From the NCBI GenBank assembly GCA_964430265.1, contig CAYSEI010000005.1, forward strand, positions 14,784 to 78,783: a stretch of DNA of 64,000 bases. Reading direction: 5' to 3'. Each line of letters starts with the position of its first letter. The stretch's first letter is position 1. Below are positions 63,503 through 64,000 of this stretch, piece by piece. The DNA is from an uncultured Pseudomonadales bacterium (GTDB taxonomy: Bacteria; Patescibacteriota; Microgenomatia; UBA1400; CAYXSR01). The translations under genes and the position numbers were made by a program. The notes below the pieces were generated by a model. That model was given only the letters and a program-made list of their open reading frames with translations. It was not told the origin of the DNA and searched no databases.

Positions 63503-64000
63503 TATGCATAAAAACAATCTTTTAATTAAACAAAAAATAGTTCTTCTATTATCAGCCACTTTTATGGTAATTGTTACCATCCTCTATTTTTTAAAGCCTA
63601 TAGAACAAGGCAAGCAAGAAACAAATACATTTATAAAACCTGTCCCAACCCCTAAAAACAAATCAAGCTCTAATTCTGAAAATATAATACCCGTTTCTTC
63701 TTTAGAACCATCACAAAATATTCCTCAGAACAAAATATTAAAAAATGGAAAGCATATGTATCAGACATTTAATAACTGCGGTCCTGCTTCTTTAAGCATG
63801 GCTCTTTCATATTTTGACATTAACGTCAGTCAACAACAATTGGGTAACCAACTGCGGCCTTACCAACACCCAGACGGAGACAACGACGATAAATCTGTAA
63901 CTTTTGCGGAATTATCAGAAAAAGCAGAGGAATATGGTTTTCTTACCTATTCCCGGCCTGCTGGAAATATTGAAATGATACAAAAATTTATTGCCAGTGA
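63503..64000 (+). CDS. C39-like (papain-fold) peptidase domain protein, N-terminal TM, partial (runs off the window end)
   Basis: Translation MHKNNLLIKQKIVLLLSATFMVIVTILYF...YQTFNNCGPASLSMALSYF; the NNCGPAS.SMAL catalytic-Cys block is typical of Peptidase_C39_2. Confidence 0.5.

Overview
AT-rich, gene-dense bacterial segment. Nearly every gene is on the minus strand and the content (intron-bearing 23S, small housekeeping operons) suggests a Candidate Phyla Radiation / Patescibacteria-like genome. Long intact ORFs under the standard code argue against UGA recoding.

Features, in order along the window:
- A partial 23S rRNA at <1..~5060 (-). It is interrupted by at least three intron segments that encode LAGLIDADG homing endonucleases.
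- tRNA-Ala(TGC) at 5184..5256 (-).
- A ~10 kb island of eight co-directional genes at 5438..15460 (-). It encodes four cohesin-like membrane or sortase-anchored proteins, three very large Cys/Gly/Asp-rich secreted proteins with dockerin-like C-termini, and a clan GH-A glycoside hydrolase.
- An inverted tRNA-Ile(GAT) at 15521..15592 (+), followed by a bidirectional terminator.
- The 16S rRNA at 15694..17204 (-).

The 16S and 23S genes are therefore unlinked and separated by a putative cellulosome-like surface-assembly island. This is the most interesting system in the window.

The remainder is mostly housekeeping: ligT, gpmI, eno, recF, mutM, ftsH, trpB, T-box-controlled trpS, ftsB, xerC/D-like, pyk, maf, mazG-like, carD-like, dps-like, an L,D-transpeptidase and a KsgA/Erm-like methyltransferase.

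Notable extras:
- An nrdR-nrdD-nrdG operon in which nrdD carries a LAGLIDADG intein. Its glycyl-radical C-terminal tail is encoded in a separate +1-frame mini-ORF with a perfect Shine-Dalgarno sequence.
- Two paralogous VirD4/TraG-like coupling-protein ATPases with a shared novel N-terminal domain.
- Tandem GH130-like phosphorylase genes.
- A degenerate tRNA-like element next to tRNA-Met.
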